Assembly (NCBI RefSeq): GCF_000014265.1
Contig: NC_008312.1
Location: 4,620,001 to 4,652,000 of the forward strand
From: Trichodesmium erythraeum IMS101
GTDB taxonomy: Bacteria; Cyanobacteriota; Cyanobacteriia; Cyanobacteriales; Microcoleaceae
Direction: 5' to 3'
DNA: 32,000 nucleotides
Part shown: positions 7,682 to 17,155 of the stretch, in pieces
Layout: every line of letters starts with the position of its first letter
How positions within the stretch are numbered: the first letter of the stretch is position 1
Program-made: the position numbers and the translations under genes
Notes under the pieces: model-generated
Databases searched by the model: none
Told to the model about the DNA's origin: nothing
The model's input: the letters and a program-made list of their open reading frames with translations, nothing else

Positions 7682-9046
7682 TTAATCCCCTCCCAACTCT
7701 ACCAGTTTTCCAATATTAAAGTCAATTCTTACCCAACCTTTAAATTTGCGTAAATTATTGAGTAGTAATAAGAAAATTTGCCAGTGGTGAACCATCAAAA
7801 ATGGTAAGGGGTCATTCACTTGAAAAATAGCATCTTTTCCTTGATTAATTCTTCTAATCCAAGCTTTCAATTGCTCTAATGACCTAACTCCTGTTAGCCT
7901 CCATAATTCATGGTAAGTCCAATAAGTAGGTTGACTATTTAGTCCCGGTAATATTGGGTTTTCATTATCATTTTGACTATCTTTTAAATAAGCATCTGCT
8001 ACCCCTGGATGGTCATGAAAAGTTGTAATTGCTGAATGAGTTCTGGGATTACATTCTATGGGAAAAACTCGACCATCCTCTGTCTGAATAAAATCAAATG
8101 AAATTTGACCAGTAATATTTAATTCTCTAACAAATTTTTCTACCCAATCGTAAATTTGTGGATTATCAACATGAGCATAATTGACTTGAAATTCTGATGA
8201 TTCGCAACAGCAATACAGTCTGATTTTCCCTTTTCTAACAGTGCTATGAGTACAATATTCTTTGCCTTTAACAAACTCTTGCATAATCCATGGTTTCTCT
8301 TCACTAATAGGCAAATTTCCAACAAATTGTTCCATTTCTGCCCTTGAATTCATGGGCAATTTTGTCAAGTCTAAACGACGTACTGAATCGTAAGGAATAC
8401 TTTTAAGAATATATCTACTCCCATCAGCAGCAAAGTCAAAATTGAGAATTTGTTTTGGGTCTGTAATTAAAAAAGATTTTGGTACAGATAAACCAAAACT
8501 TTTAGCTTTTTCCATAAATGTGAACTTGTTATCTAACATTTGAGTTACTTCTACGTCAAAGTGCAAAACTTCACAATATTCAGATAAAAGTGGTTTTGCT
8601 AAAGATTCATAGTAACTTCCTACTGGGCTAGATACTGGAATAAATACATCTATGTTTTCTTTTTTTACAATCTCTAATAATCCCTGACAATAACCATCCC
8701 AATCTTTATTTGGAGCAGGTATTGTATAGAAACCTGTAACGGCATTAGAAAATCTATTTCCTGATAACCAATATTTATTTGTTTCTAATATAAAAGCTTT
8801 ATGACCTGCTGCATGAAATGAACGGGCAAGTTGCAAGCATTTTGTCATTTTTGCGCCCGTGATTAAGATATTTTTGGGATTATCTGCCACTAATTTTTTG
8901 GTAAATGGTAGACTGATTAAATTCCAGAGTAGTAAAGGTATTACCCTTAATAAATTAAATGGTAAAAAAATCAATAATAATGCAATAGTTCCGATATTTT
9001 GGAACAATGCATAAGCACGTACTTGAATAAATAATATTAGTCCCAT
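7682..9046 (-). CDS. mysC: MysC ATP-grasp ligase (4-deoxygadusol + glycine -> mycosporine-glycine).
   Basis: 454-aa ORF closely matching the remembered Anabaena variabilis Ava_3856 sequence: ITGAKMTKCLQLARSFHAAGH, SIPYDSVRRLDLTKLP, KPWIMQEF, CTHSTVR, QISFDFIQ, IECNPRTHSAITTF, PLPFLMVHHWQI, IDFNIGKLVELGGD. The N-terminus is hydrophobic, as in homologs. Confidence 0.92.
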   Translation of the reverse strand: MGLILFIQVRAYALFQNIGTIALLLIFLPFNLLRVIPLLLWNLISLPFTKKLVADNPKNILITGAKMTKCLQLARSFHAAGHKAFILETNKYWLSGNRFSNAVTGFYTIPAPNKDWDGYCQGLLEIVKKENIDVFIPVSSPVGSYYESLAKPLLSEYCEVLHFDVEVTQMLDNKFTFMEKAKSFGLSVPKSFLITDPKQILNFDFAADGSRYILKSIPYDSVRRLDLTKLPMNSRAEMEQFVGNLPISEEKPWIMQEFVKGKEYCTHSTVRKGKIRLYCCCESSEFQVNYAHVDNPQIYDWVEKFVRELNITGQISFDFIQTEDGRVFPIECNPRTHSAITTFHDHPGVADAYLKDSQNDNENPILPGLNSQPTYWTYHELWRLTGVRSLEQLKAWIRRINQGKDAIFQVNDPLPFLMVHHWQIFLLLLNNLRKFKGWVRIDFNIGKLVELGGD

Positions 9047-9833
9047 CTTTAGTAGTTTTGTAGAGATAACAATATTTTATGAGTCTTCATTTATGCTTTG
9101 GTGAAAAGAAGGTGATCATTAGCCTGAAAGCTTTCCAAGTTCAACTCTAAACTTTGGAGAGTTTCAAGAGACTTTTTCTTTTCTATAGTATTTATTTATG
9201 AGACAAGTCGGGTATTCAAACCAATCTTAATTATAGAAATTCCCCGATAGGCGGGCGAAGTTTTCAAAATAATTGTTCAGTAAAAGTACTTTTTATGGGG
9301 TTATTTGAGCATAAGCAATAACTATTATCTTGTCATAAATAGCATTAATTTTGGCAACAAAGCCATTGAGACACACAATATAACAAATCAATTCCTCAGG
9401 AATAGTGTAGATTTCTAAGGGTTAACCATTGTTAATATTGACTACTGATAATTGAATATTAGCAGTTTTTAGTAGTTCTTCTTCAATAGTAATTAAAATT
9501 TCGTAGTATAACTGTGCTTTATTTCCTGTGAGTTGATGTAGTTTATTATTAAAAATAGTTGGAAATGAGAACAAGCCAGAAGCCGGAGAAAGTTAATTAC
9601 GCTCAATAAATTTCCCAGGCACAAGCTACAAATTTCCAGTATTATTTAATTTACTTCCCTCAGTCGCACTTAATGATAGTTCTGGTATATTCGGTAACAT
9701 TATAAATGCTACCAAATCTTGAGGAACTTATGCTTCTACGGATCAGGCAAAAGGTAAAAAGTTAAAATGAGCTGACAAAAGGTTGTAAACTTTTACTAAT
9801 TCCTCATGTCATAATATTTTCCTCAAATCATAA

Positions 9834-10664
9834 CTACTTTCGCCTAATAATAGTTAACCCATCTCGTAAAGGTAGTAAAACTTGTTCTACTCTAGGATCT
9901 TCTGCAACAAAGCGATTAAATTGAGCGATCGCTTCTCCATTAAGATTACGTTTTTCTTTCGGTAGATAGGGTTCCCCTTGAAGTAAAGTATTATCGACAC
10001 AAATAAATCCATTTGTTGCTAACAAACTTGTATCCAAAAGTATTTTGAAGTACTCTATATACTCTTTTTTATCAGCATCAATAAAGACTAAATCAAAAGT
10101 TTCTCCTGCATCTGCCAACTTCTTAATGGTTTCTAGAGCAGGTGCAACTTCCACCGAGATTTTGCTTCCATGTGGAGACCCATCAAAACAAGATTTAGCA
10201 AAGTTAGATACATATTCATCCACTTCACAAGCAACCATCCGCCCATTTTGTGGTAAAGCTTCCGCCATTGCCAATGCTGAATACCCAGTAAACATCCCTA
10301 TTTCCAGGATACTTTTAGCCCCAATCATATGAACAAACATTTTTAAGGTTTGTCCCTCAATATGCCCAGATAACATTTCCTGCTCTAATTGACGCACAGT
10401 CTCGCTATTGGAAAATCTTGAACTCCATGGTTCTTGACGAGTCTTTTCTGCTAATGCTGTCAAAGCAGGAGATTCTTGAGTGGTATTTTCTTCTAAATAG
10501 GGGTCAAGACCTGCCCCTAATTGATACGCTTGCTTAATAGCATTAGATAATTCTGGTGGTATTTCTGCAGTTTCTGCCATCTTGACAATTCTTTCAAGTT
10601 GCTCTACCAAAATACCTAATGGTGTAACTGGTCTGGCAGTTTCTGTTTTCACAACGGTTGTCAT
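9834..10664 (-). CDS. mysB: MysB SAM-dependent O-methyltransferase (catechol-OMT-like).
   Basis: 276-aa ORF. Near-identical blocks to remembered Ava_3857: ARPVTPLGIL, EQEMLSGHIEGQTLKMFVHM, LEIGMFTGYSALAMAEALP, FDLVFIDADKKEY, GFICVDNTLLQGE, NGEAIAQFN, DPRVEQVLLPLRDGLTIIRR. Confidence 0.93.
   Translation of the reverse strand: MTTVVKTETARPVTPLGILVEQLERIVKMAETAEIPPELSNAIKQAYQLGAGLDPYLEENTTQESPALTALAEKTRQEPWSSRFSNSETVRQLEQEMLSGHIEGQTLKMFVHMIGAKSILEIGMFTGYSALAMAEALPQNGRMVACEVDEYVSNFAKSCFDGSPHGSKISVEVAPALETIKKLADAGETFDLVFIDADKKEYIEYFKILLDTSLLATNGFICVDNTLLQGEPYLPKEKRNLNGEAIAQFNRFVAEDPRVEQVLLPLRDGLTIIRRK
9925..9932. repeat. HIP1 octamer GCGATCGC.
   Basis: Exact match read in the sequence. Confidence 0.95.
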
Positions 10665-11339
10665 ATTTTTATCCCTTACTACTTAATAACAGCAGAGCAG
10701 TAGAGCATCTAGACAAAAATTATAGGTAAAATCTAAGCCTCAAATCACTAAAATTTTCCCTGATAACAGATAGACTCGAAGTGGAAAAATGTTTCTCCCT
10801 TCTACTTATAGGAGAGGGTTCAGGGAAGGAACAGTATATTCTCCAACTTACCTACATTTTCAATCTAGACACACTAGTAAGGTGGGCTAATATTGAGTTA
10901 TCTGTACTCAACTAATCGAAAATTTTCTCATATTTGCCCACTTTAAACGTTTCTCCCAAAAAGGAGAAGAAAAAAAATCTATCGTCAGGACTGAGGCATA
11001 AGCTAATAGATATCTCAAGAAAAGATTTTTTAAGCTCTTACCCTGCCGTTCCCAAATCGGCATTTTTGGAGAGGTATAACATATCTAATAGGGATAAACA
11101 ACCGTTCACCCCTACAGATAGTGCATAATTTTATACGCCCGGAATTTTTCCTAATTATTTTCAGAAATCAGAAAATTGATATAAATGTCACTAATTATGA
11201 CATTTTAATATTTACTTTCAGCTTCAATTTTTACCTGTCAGCAGCACAACTATGACAATGATAAACATTTAAGCTAACCGCATTTCTCTATCTTGAGAAT
11301 TGCATATCATAAGGGGTTATTAGCAGACTCCCTATTTTT

Positions 11340-12689
11340 TTACTCCAAACCTAGGTCGCTTAAATACATTTCTTCACCTTTTCCTTGACTACCAAAAGAA
11401 GTAAAAGAAGCACAAAATTTCTTATGTTCCTCAACAGCAGATGTTAATAAATCTGGAGATATTTCCTTCGCAAAACTACAAGAACCAATACCTGTAGGTA
11501 GGGGTGCCCACAACCTACGACCGCGCTTACGAGTTATATTTTTCTGAGCTTGAAGCATTAACTCTGTATCTTCGATAATTTCATGGTAAACAGACAAACC
11601 CATAGAATGACACAAGTTAACTATTCGATCACGTTCATTTGTTGTTATCCAACCCATCTCTAACGCTAAAGTAGCTCCAAGAGACATACCAATAGTTACA
11701 GCATGACCGTGCATTAGTTTGACCACTGGCTCAAAACGGGGACTCCATGTATGACCGTAAGCATGAGGTCGGTCTTGATAGGTTTCAAACATATTTGTTC
11801 CTTCATGCTTCATATAAGAATACAAAGCACGATAAATCACCTCATCAGATATTTTTACCAGTTCCTCATCTGCATCAAAATTAGCAAAATGAGTTTCAAC
11901 TAAACGTCGACCATATTTTTCCAGCAATTCAAATAATGTTTGATCATCAGTAACTGCCATTTTAATAATTTCTGCCATTCCGTTGCGAATATGACCTTTT
12001 GCCAAAGTACGGAACAAAGTACGGTCTACTATAGTCATCACAGGGGGATGATATGCTCCAATACCATTTTTAAATAGCTTACTATTTGTGCAGGTACGAG
12101 GAGATGGTCCAGCATCAATAGCAGCAACAACTGATGTTCCAATCATTACATAAGGTGTCCGCCGATGTTGTAAACTACAGGCTAAACCAGCAACATCACT
12201 GAGTACACCACCTCCAATTATCAAAACAGGTTCGTTACGAGATACATCACAACCATCTTTGCCCAAGAATTGCAATATTTTATGGACCGTATCAGTATTT
12301 TTGTCTGACTCCCAAGCACGACAGACAAGAGTTTTCAGAGGAATATCATTCTGCTCAAAATAATTTGTCAATGATTTTCCATAAAGTTCATCTACCATGT
12401 GATCGACAACTGCTACGCATCGATTACGACTTTTATAGATATTAGCTAAAATAGGGTTAGATGGATCTAAAACTCCATTTACTAATTTGACTTCTGATTT
12501 GAGGGTAAATGTTGCAGAAATCTCGAATGAGCGACCATCATCCACTGCCTTTATTTCTCCACGACCATCATACCACTCTGAAGTACGATATTGTTCTGCA
12601 TGATCGCGCCGAATACTTGGATCAAATACGAAGTCTGGCTTGTTGACTTTTTCAATTACTGGTACAGAGGTTGATATTGCGTTGCTCAT
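11340..12689 (-). CDS. mysA: MysA, DHQS-like sedoheptulose-7-phosphate cyclase (desmethyl-4-deoxygadusol synthase type).
   Basis: 449-aa ORF. Dehydroquinate-synthase-like blocks: LIIGGGVLSDVAGLA, ...IDAG..., KNGIGAYHPP, NGMAEIIKMA, AYGHTWSP, HGHAV. It lies first in the colinear mysA-mysB-mysC order. Confidence 0.85.
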   Translation of the reverse strand: MSNAISTSVPVIEKVNKPDFVFDPSIRRDHAEQYRTSEWYDGRGEIKAVDDGRSFEISATFTLKSEVKLVNGVLDPSNPILANIYKSRNRCVAVVDHMVDELYGKSLTNYFEQNDIPLKTLVCRAWESDKNTDTVHKILQFLGKDGCDVSRNEPVLIIGGGVLSDVAGLACSLQHRRTPYVMIGTSVVAAIDAGPSPRTCTNSKLFKNGIGAYHPPVMTIVDRTLFRTLAKGHIRNGMAEIIKMAVTDDQTLFELLEKYGRRLVETHFANFDADEELVKISDEVIYRALYSYMKHEGTNMFETYQDRPHAYGHTWSPRFEPVVKLMHGHAVTIGMSLGATLALEMGWITTNERDRIVNLCHSMGLSVYHEIIEDTELMLQAQKNITRKRGRRLWAPLPTGIGSCSFAKEISPDLLTSAVEEHKKFCASFTSFGSQGKGEEMYLSDLGLE

Positions 12690-13769
12690 GATTTGTATTT
12701 AGGTAATTGTTTGCTTTAGAGGTATTGTCTGATGTTATTGCACAACAAACCAGTCTGCCTACACCTGAAGTCAGTGTAAGAGCTTAAATTAACACCTTAT
12801 TATTGAGATGAACATAACCCAAAGGATATACCATTTTTTTGAGTGGTTTCTAAGTATTGAATGATAGAGTAATTATTTTGGTAATTCTCTAAATGCAGTA
12901 ATACTTATAAGTAAACTTCTTTGACTGTAAAGATAAATTAACTACAAGAATCACTACCTATAAACGAATACCATTATTTTTATCTCTATTTTACGCCTAA
13001 GTATCGGCATATTAAAGTTTACCATCTCACCTTTTTGTTTGCTTTTATCAAAAAGCATTTTGATTTCTGGAATCTTGGTGGTATGAATCCTGCACAGACT
13101 TATGTTACCTCAATTTTATCCACAGTAAACTAGACAATCTTCCTAACATAGAAGATAGTATAATGTAATAACTTTTCCTTGAGAGTATTTGGTTCAGCTT
13201 CCTTATTATTGATAGCAAAACTAAACTAATACTTATTAGTCTTCCCTTATTCTTCTAGTTCTCCACAGTTCTATAGTACAAATTTTCTCTTCTTCCTTCT
13301 CCTCTAGCTTCCAATTTAGATTATAACGGTGATTCATGTTTTGACCTTGATTTAACAGTTGCCTAATAATTATGGGGTTTAGCATAGTTGTCAAATTCTT
13401 GATTCATGACTAATGGAACTTACCACGAGTTTTAATTGTACCAACATCAATTTATTGAATTATTACTTTAGTTAGCTTCTAGATATCTTAAAATCACTTA
13501 TGCTTGAGGGCATACTACATAAGCATTTTCACATTCTAATACCTAACACTAATAGAGGGGGTCAAAATTTGTCTATTGTTTATAGGAGATAAACTGTTGA
13601 TTAGACACAGGTTTATCAAGTACCCAATAGAAAAGTTCATCCTGAGCTTACCCGCTAGCAAAGTTTCATTATCTTAATATATTGGCATTGAGGTAAATCG
13701 TACCTGTTATGATTAATAAGACCATACTATTAGTGCTAACACTTTTTAACAATAAGCAACAAGACTAAC

Positions 13770-14230
13770 TTACTTTAGGGGATATCTAAGGAATAGGGTA
13801 GAAAGCTTTTCTACCAAGCTTTTTATAAAAATCCCACAATCACCATTCTAGTAACGATCAAGGCGAAAATCATCTTGATCAGCAATCACTTTTTTATAAC
13901 CTAAATTATTTGAGGCTTCTCGAGTCTAACTAACAGTTTTATTAGTATACACTTCTGAAACATCTAAGACAACCTTACTATACTTAGTAGCTTTATGCTT
14001 TAAAAAAAGTTCAAATCTATAATGTACCCAGCTCAACATTTGTCTAACTGACTTGCTTATGAGTTTACTATTAGATTTGATTCTAGTTCAAGAAAGTTCA
14101 AAAATTAACAGTAAAATTACATCAAAGTTATGAACCAATAACAAAGCTGTCCTTTGATGCAGCTCAGTCATAGGAGAATCCTAATCTTTAACCTCATTCG
14201 GTTAGCTGCTTTTTTAATCCTTTACTTTAT
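13770..14230 (-). mobile_element. tnpB: Decayed TnpB (IS200/IS605/IS607-type OrfB) C-terminal relic; pseudogene.
   Basis: The minus-strand translation reads ...RIKKAANRMRLKIR / (frameshift) DSPMTELHQRTALLLVHNFDVILLLIFELS*TRIKSNSKLISKSVRQMLSWVHYRFELFLKHKATKYSKVVLDVSEVYTNKTVS*TREASNNLGYKKVIADQDDFRLDRY*NGDCGIFIKSLVEKL. This matches the TnpB pattern (ELH....L...FD.I.LP.FE...M, ML....HY.F...L..KA..YG..V..V.E.YTSKTCS.CG...LDRD.NGA.GIF). It has at least 3 in-frame stops and 1 frameshift, and the Zn-ribbon cysteines are lost. Confidence 0.75.
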
Positions 14231-14942
14231 TAAGTAAAGTATTCTTATTGCTTCTGACTATGGGACCTGATTTGTATCATTGTCTTAACATTATATAACT
14301 TATTGTAAACAAATATTAGCAAATCAGCAATGGTTAGTCAATCGTCAAAACAGCTTTATAAATTTCTCCCATTGATTTCTAAAGTTTATCTTTAGTGTCG
14401 ATTTTTAGTTTAACCCTAATTCCGAATCATTTTACTTAACATCTAGTTTGTATTTGTTAATATTTCTTAATTATATATTAATTTAATAAATGATTAAAAT
14501 TAAAACAAGCTTAATATGATATAATATTTAGCCTATTGATTTTCAGAACTATCAGCTTAAGTCAAAATTATTAACTGTAAAGGATTTCAATTCTATTAAG
14601 TGGTCTTGCAAAATTAATTACACATTTATAGAAGGTGAACTCTTGGCCTTCTAAAAGCACAGATAATTAAAATAGGTAAATAATTTTGAAGAGGTACTTA
14701 ATGCCCTAATACTAAAGGTTAAAAAAGAATAGGGATTAAATAATACAGCAGATTCTACTTTAGTGAGGTACACCCATAAGAGCGAGATACTGGCATTGCA
14801 AAGATTTAATTGTTAATATTTGTACTTCATGTACTTGGAATATACTGTAAGTATGATTAAAAGACTTTATGAATCTATCCCACTAATAGTCAAATGATAA
14901 TACTATGATAAGCGTTACTCAGTTATGGTAAATTGAAAGAGG

Positions 14943-15767
14943 ATGCCAGGTAAATTTGAAGGACTAAGTGACATAGAATAGAAGTTATTTGAAGATATTT
15001 TTCCTATTTCACCACAAAAAAGAGGTAAACGTATGCCTCATACTCCCCGTACGATATGTACAATCATACTCTTCTCTACATATTAATAACAGGTTGTCAT
15101 TGTTGTGATGTAACAGCTCGAGAGATTTGGGCCTCCAAGAGTTCAGTACACAGATGGCTGAAGCGTTAGGAAGAAGATAGAACTCTCAAATACCTACAAG
15201 GACGAATTTTAGGAATTCCAGAAAACTAAGGACTAATCAATTGAAGCTACACAGCCGTGGACGGCTCTTTTTCCCCCGGTCAGGGTAGAGGAGAGGATGG
15301 AGCTTATGGCCATAAAAGGAAGGGGATTTTAATTCATACCTTGAGAGAAGGAAATGGATGACCAGTAGCTAACTGTACTACCCCCTCTAATGGCAATGAA
15401 AGAGAACAGCTAATTCCCTTAATTGATAGTACTAAGTGTGAAAACTTAAAAACGGGGCCCTCCACGTAAGCAATTCCAAGTTATTACCACTGATAAAGGA
15501 TATGATTGTCAACGACAAAGACAAGCAAGGTATCAAAGAGGGATTAGACCTCAACTGCCCAAACGACTTTGGAAAGACAAAAAGAAACCAGGACGAGGGA
15601 TCAAAATTTCTGTACCTCGTTTTCAACAAGAGGGTTGTTTTGCCTGGTATCAAGGTAAATATCGTCGCCTAGTTGTAAGATGGGGGCCTATTTATGCTTG
15701 TTTTGGTGCTTTTGTAGCGCTCGCCACTATACTTATGTAGATTAATCCCATTTTATTAGTGGCATAG
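14943..15767 (+). mobile_element. Decayed IS5-family (DUF4096 + DDE_Tnp_1-type) transposase relic; pseudogene.
   Basis: The plus-strand translation, reconstructed across several frames, reads MPGKFEGLSDIE*KLFEDIFP...KRGKRMPHTP...LLYILITGCHCCDV...WASKSSVHRWLKR*EEDRTL...AVDGSFFPGQG...AYGHKRKGILIHTL.EGNG.PVANCTTPSNGNEREQLIPLIDS...VITTDKGYDCQRQRQARYQRGIRPQLPKRLWKDKKKPGRGIKISVPRFQQEGCFAWYQGKYRRLVVRW...FVALATILM*INPILLVA*. DDE-type blocks are present, but there are many stops and frameshifts. No terminal inverted repeats were recognised. Confidence 0.8.
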
Positions 15768-16297
15768 GTTCATAGAAAATGTCCTTTTGACAAAAAAGAT
15801 AATTTCCGAACTAAAAAATTATATTGAAGTCATTCCTTCTGACTCCTGATTTCTCATTTTTAGGGGAGTAAGGAGGAGTCTTGATCAATAGTTTATAATT
15901 TGTAGCAAATATTGATCACGCTTTGTATAACACTTTTTCGTAGTGCAATTTTTAGTGCTTTTCAGATTTATAAACTACATCTTCACAACAAAAACATCTT
16001 AGGGACATTTAATTTAACCTCCCTACTATGGTCTACTAATTATGAAAACTACTGTAAGTCAACAAAGGCTGAAGTTGATCAGAATTTACCAAGGTTAACC
16101 TAGAAACTGCATTTTTTGTAGATACATGTTCTTAAAGATAACAATTGCTCCTAAAAGTCAGGTGCGCAAGTGTGTAAGTCCTATTGATATTTTTCTAGAG
16201 AATTGAAACTGATTATGGTATTATAAATATTTGTAAGTTATAGCTCTAATTTAATAATAGCCATTGTTATATATTGCCAATAGCTATTAATGAAAAT

Positions 16298-17155
16298 ATG
16301 GCGAATCAAGAATATCTAGCCTTACTGAATCGTGGTGTAGTGACATGGAATGAATGGAGATATAAAAATCTACATTTACAACCAGACTTTTCTAATGCTA
16401 ACTTGAGAGGCTTTAATCTAGAAGGTTTTAATTTAAAAGGATTGAATTTAACAGGAGCTAATCTGTCTTTAGCTCGGTTAATTAATGCTAATTGTAGAGA
16501 TACTATTTTTACTTCAGCTCAACTAATTAATGCCAATCTAACTGCTATTAATTTTCAGGGCGCAAATTTAAAAAATACTAATTTTATTTCTGCTAATCTA
16601 AGGCTTGCTAATTTAATCGAAGCTAATTTAGTAGATGCTAATTTAATTGGAACTGATTTACAAAATTCTAACTGTAGGTATGTTGATGGTACTTCAGCAG
16701 ATCTCAGTAGAAGTAACTTAGCCAAAGCAGATTTAATGGAAGCAAACTTCAGTTATGCTAATTTTAGTTATGCTAATCTTCATCAAGCTGAATTAATTGG
16801 AGGTTATTTTTATCAAGCTAATTTTCACCAAGCTAATCTTATTAAAGCTCATCTAACTGGGATTTATTTATTAAATTCTTCTTTGATAGAAGCTAACCTG
16901 TCTGGAGCAGATTTGAGATTTGCTAAACTCAAAAAAGTTAACTTTCAAGATGCAAATTTACAGGAAACTTATTGCCGAGGTACTAACCTAAGTGAAGCTA
17001 TTTTAATCAGAGCAGATTTAAGAGGAGCAAATTTCAGGGGAGCTAACCTAAATAAAGCTAATCTTACTGACGCTTTAATTGACAATATTAACCTAGTAGA
17101 CGCTAATCTTCAGGAAACAATTATGCCGAATGGCAAAATTAATTACAATTATTAA
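16298..17155 (+). CDS. Pentapeptide-repeat protein.
   Basis: The ORF consists almost entirely of A(D/N)LxX pentapeptides (ANLSLARLINANCRDTIFTSAQLINANLTAINFQGANLKNTNFISANLRLANLIEANLVDANLIGTDL...). The track ORF starts at TTG 16274. The ATG at 16298 (MANQEYLALLNRGV...) is preferred as the start, but this is uncertain. Confidence 0.85.
   Translation: MANQEYLALLNRGVVTWNEWRYKNLHLQPDFSNANLRGFNLEGFNLKGLNLTGANLSLARLINANCRDTIFTSAQLINANLTAINFQGANLKNTNFISANLRLANLIEANLVDANLIGTDLQNSNCRYVDGTSADLSRSNLAKADLMEANFSYANFSYANLHQAELIGGYFYQANFHQANLIKAHLTGIYLLNSSLIEANLSGADLRFAKLKKVNFQDANLQETYCRGTNLSEAILIRADLRGANFRGANLNKANLTDALIDNINLVDANLQETIMPNGKINYNY

Noticed and set aside
8140-8325. 61-aa minus-strand ORF inside mysC.
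   Set aside because: It is an alternative frame of a strongly supported gene, with no independent signal.
9240-9620. Minus-strand frame in the mysB-mysC spacer: ...KLHQLTGNKAQLYYEILITIEEELLKTANIQLSVVNINNG*PLEIYTIPEELICYIVCLNGFVAKINAIYDKIIVIAYAQITP*.
   Set aside because: About 100 codons with a single internal stop is suggestive of a dead gene. However, I could not match it to any family, and AT-rich sequence can give such runs. It is left unannotated; BLASTX would settle it.
10045-10332. 95-aa plus-strand ORF inside mysB.
   Set aside because: It is antisense to a gene with near-identical blocks to the known MysB.
10934-11128. 64-aa plus-strand ORF in the mysA-mysB spacer.
   Set aside because: It has a TTG-type start, no ribosome-binding site, a Lys/Ser-rich low-complexity translation, and lies on the opposite strand to all neighbours.
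11183-11205. 8-bp AT-rich hairpin (AAATGTCA-CTAATTA-TGACATTT) about 135 nt downstream of mysA.
   Set aside because: The stem is almost all A/T with no following U-tract on the minus strand, so it is not convincing as a terminator.
15432-15653. 73-aa minus-strand ORF.
   Set aside because: It is antisense to the recognisable IS5-family transposase relic and is an artefact of that region.
15912-16103. 63-aa plus-strand ORF upstream of the pentapeptide gene.
   Set aside because: It has a non-ATG start, no ribosome-binding site and a hydrophobic low-complexity translation typical of AT-rich non-coding DNA.
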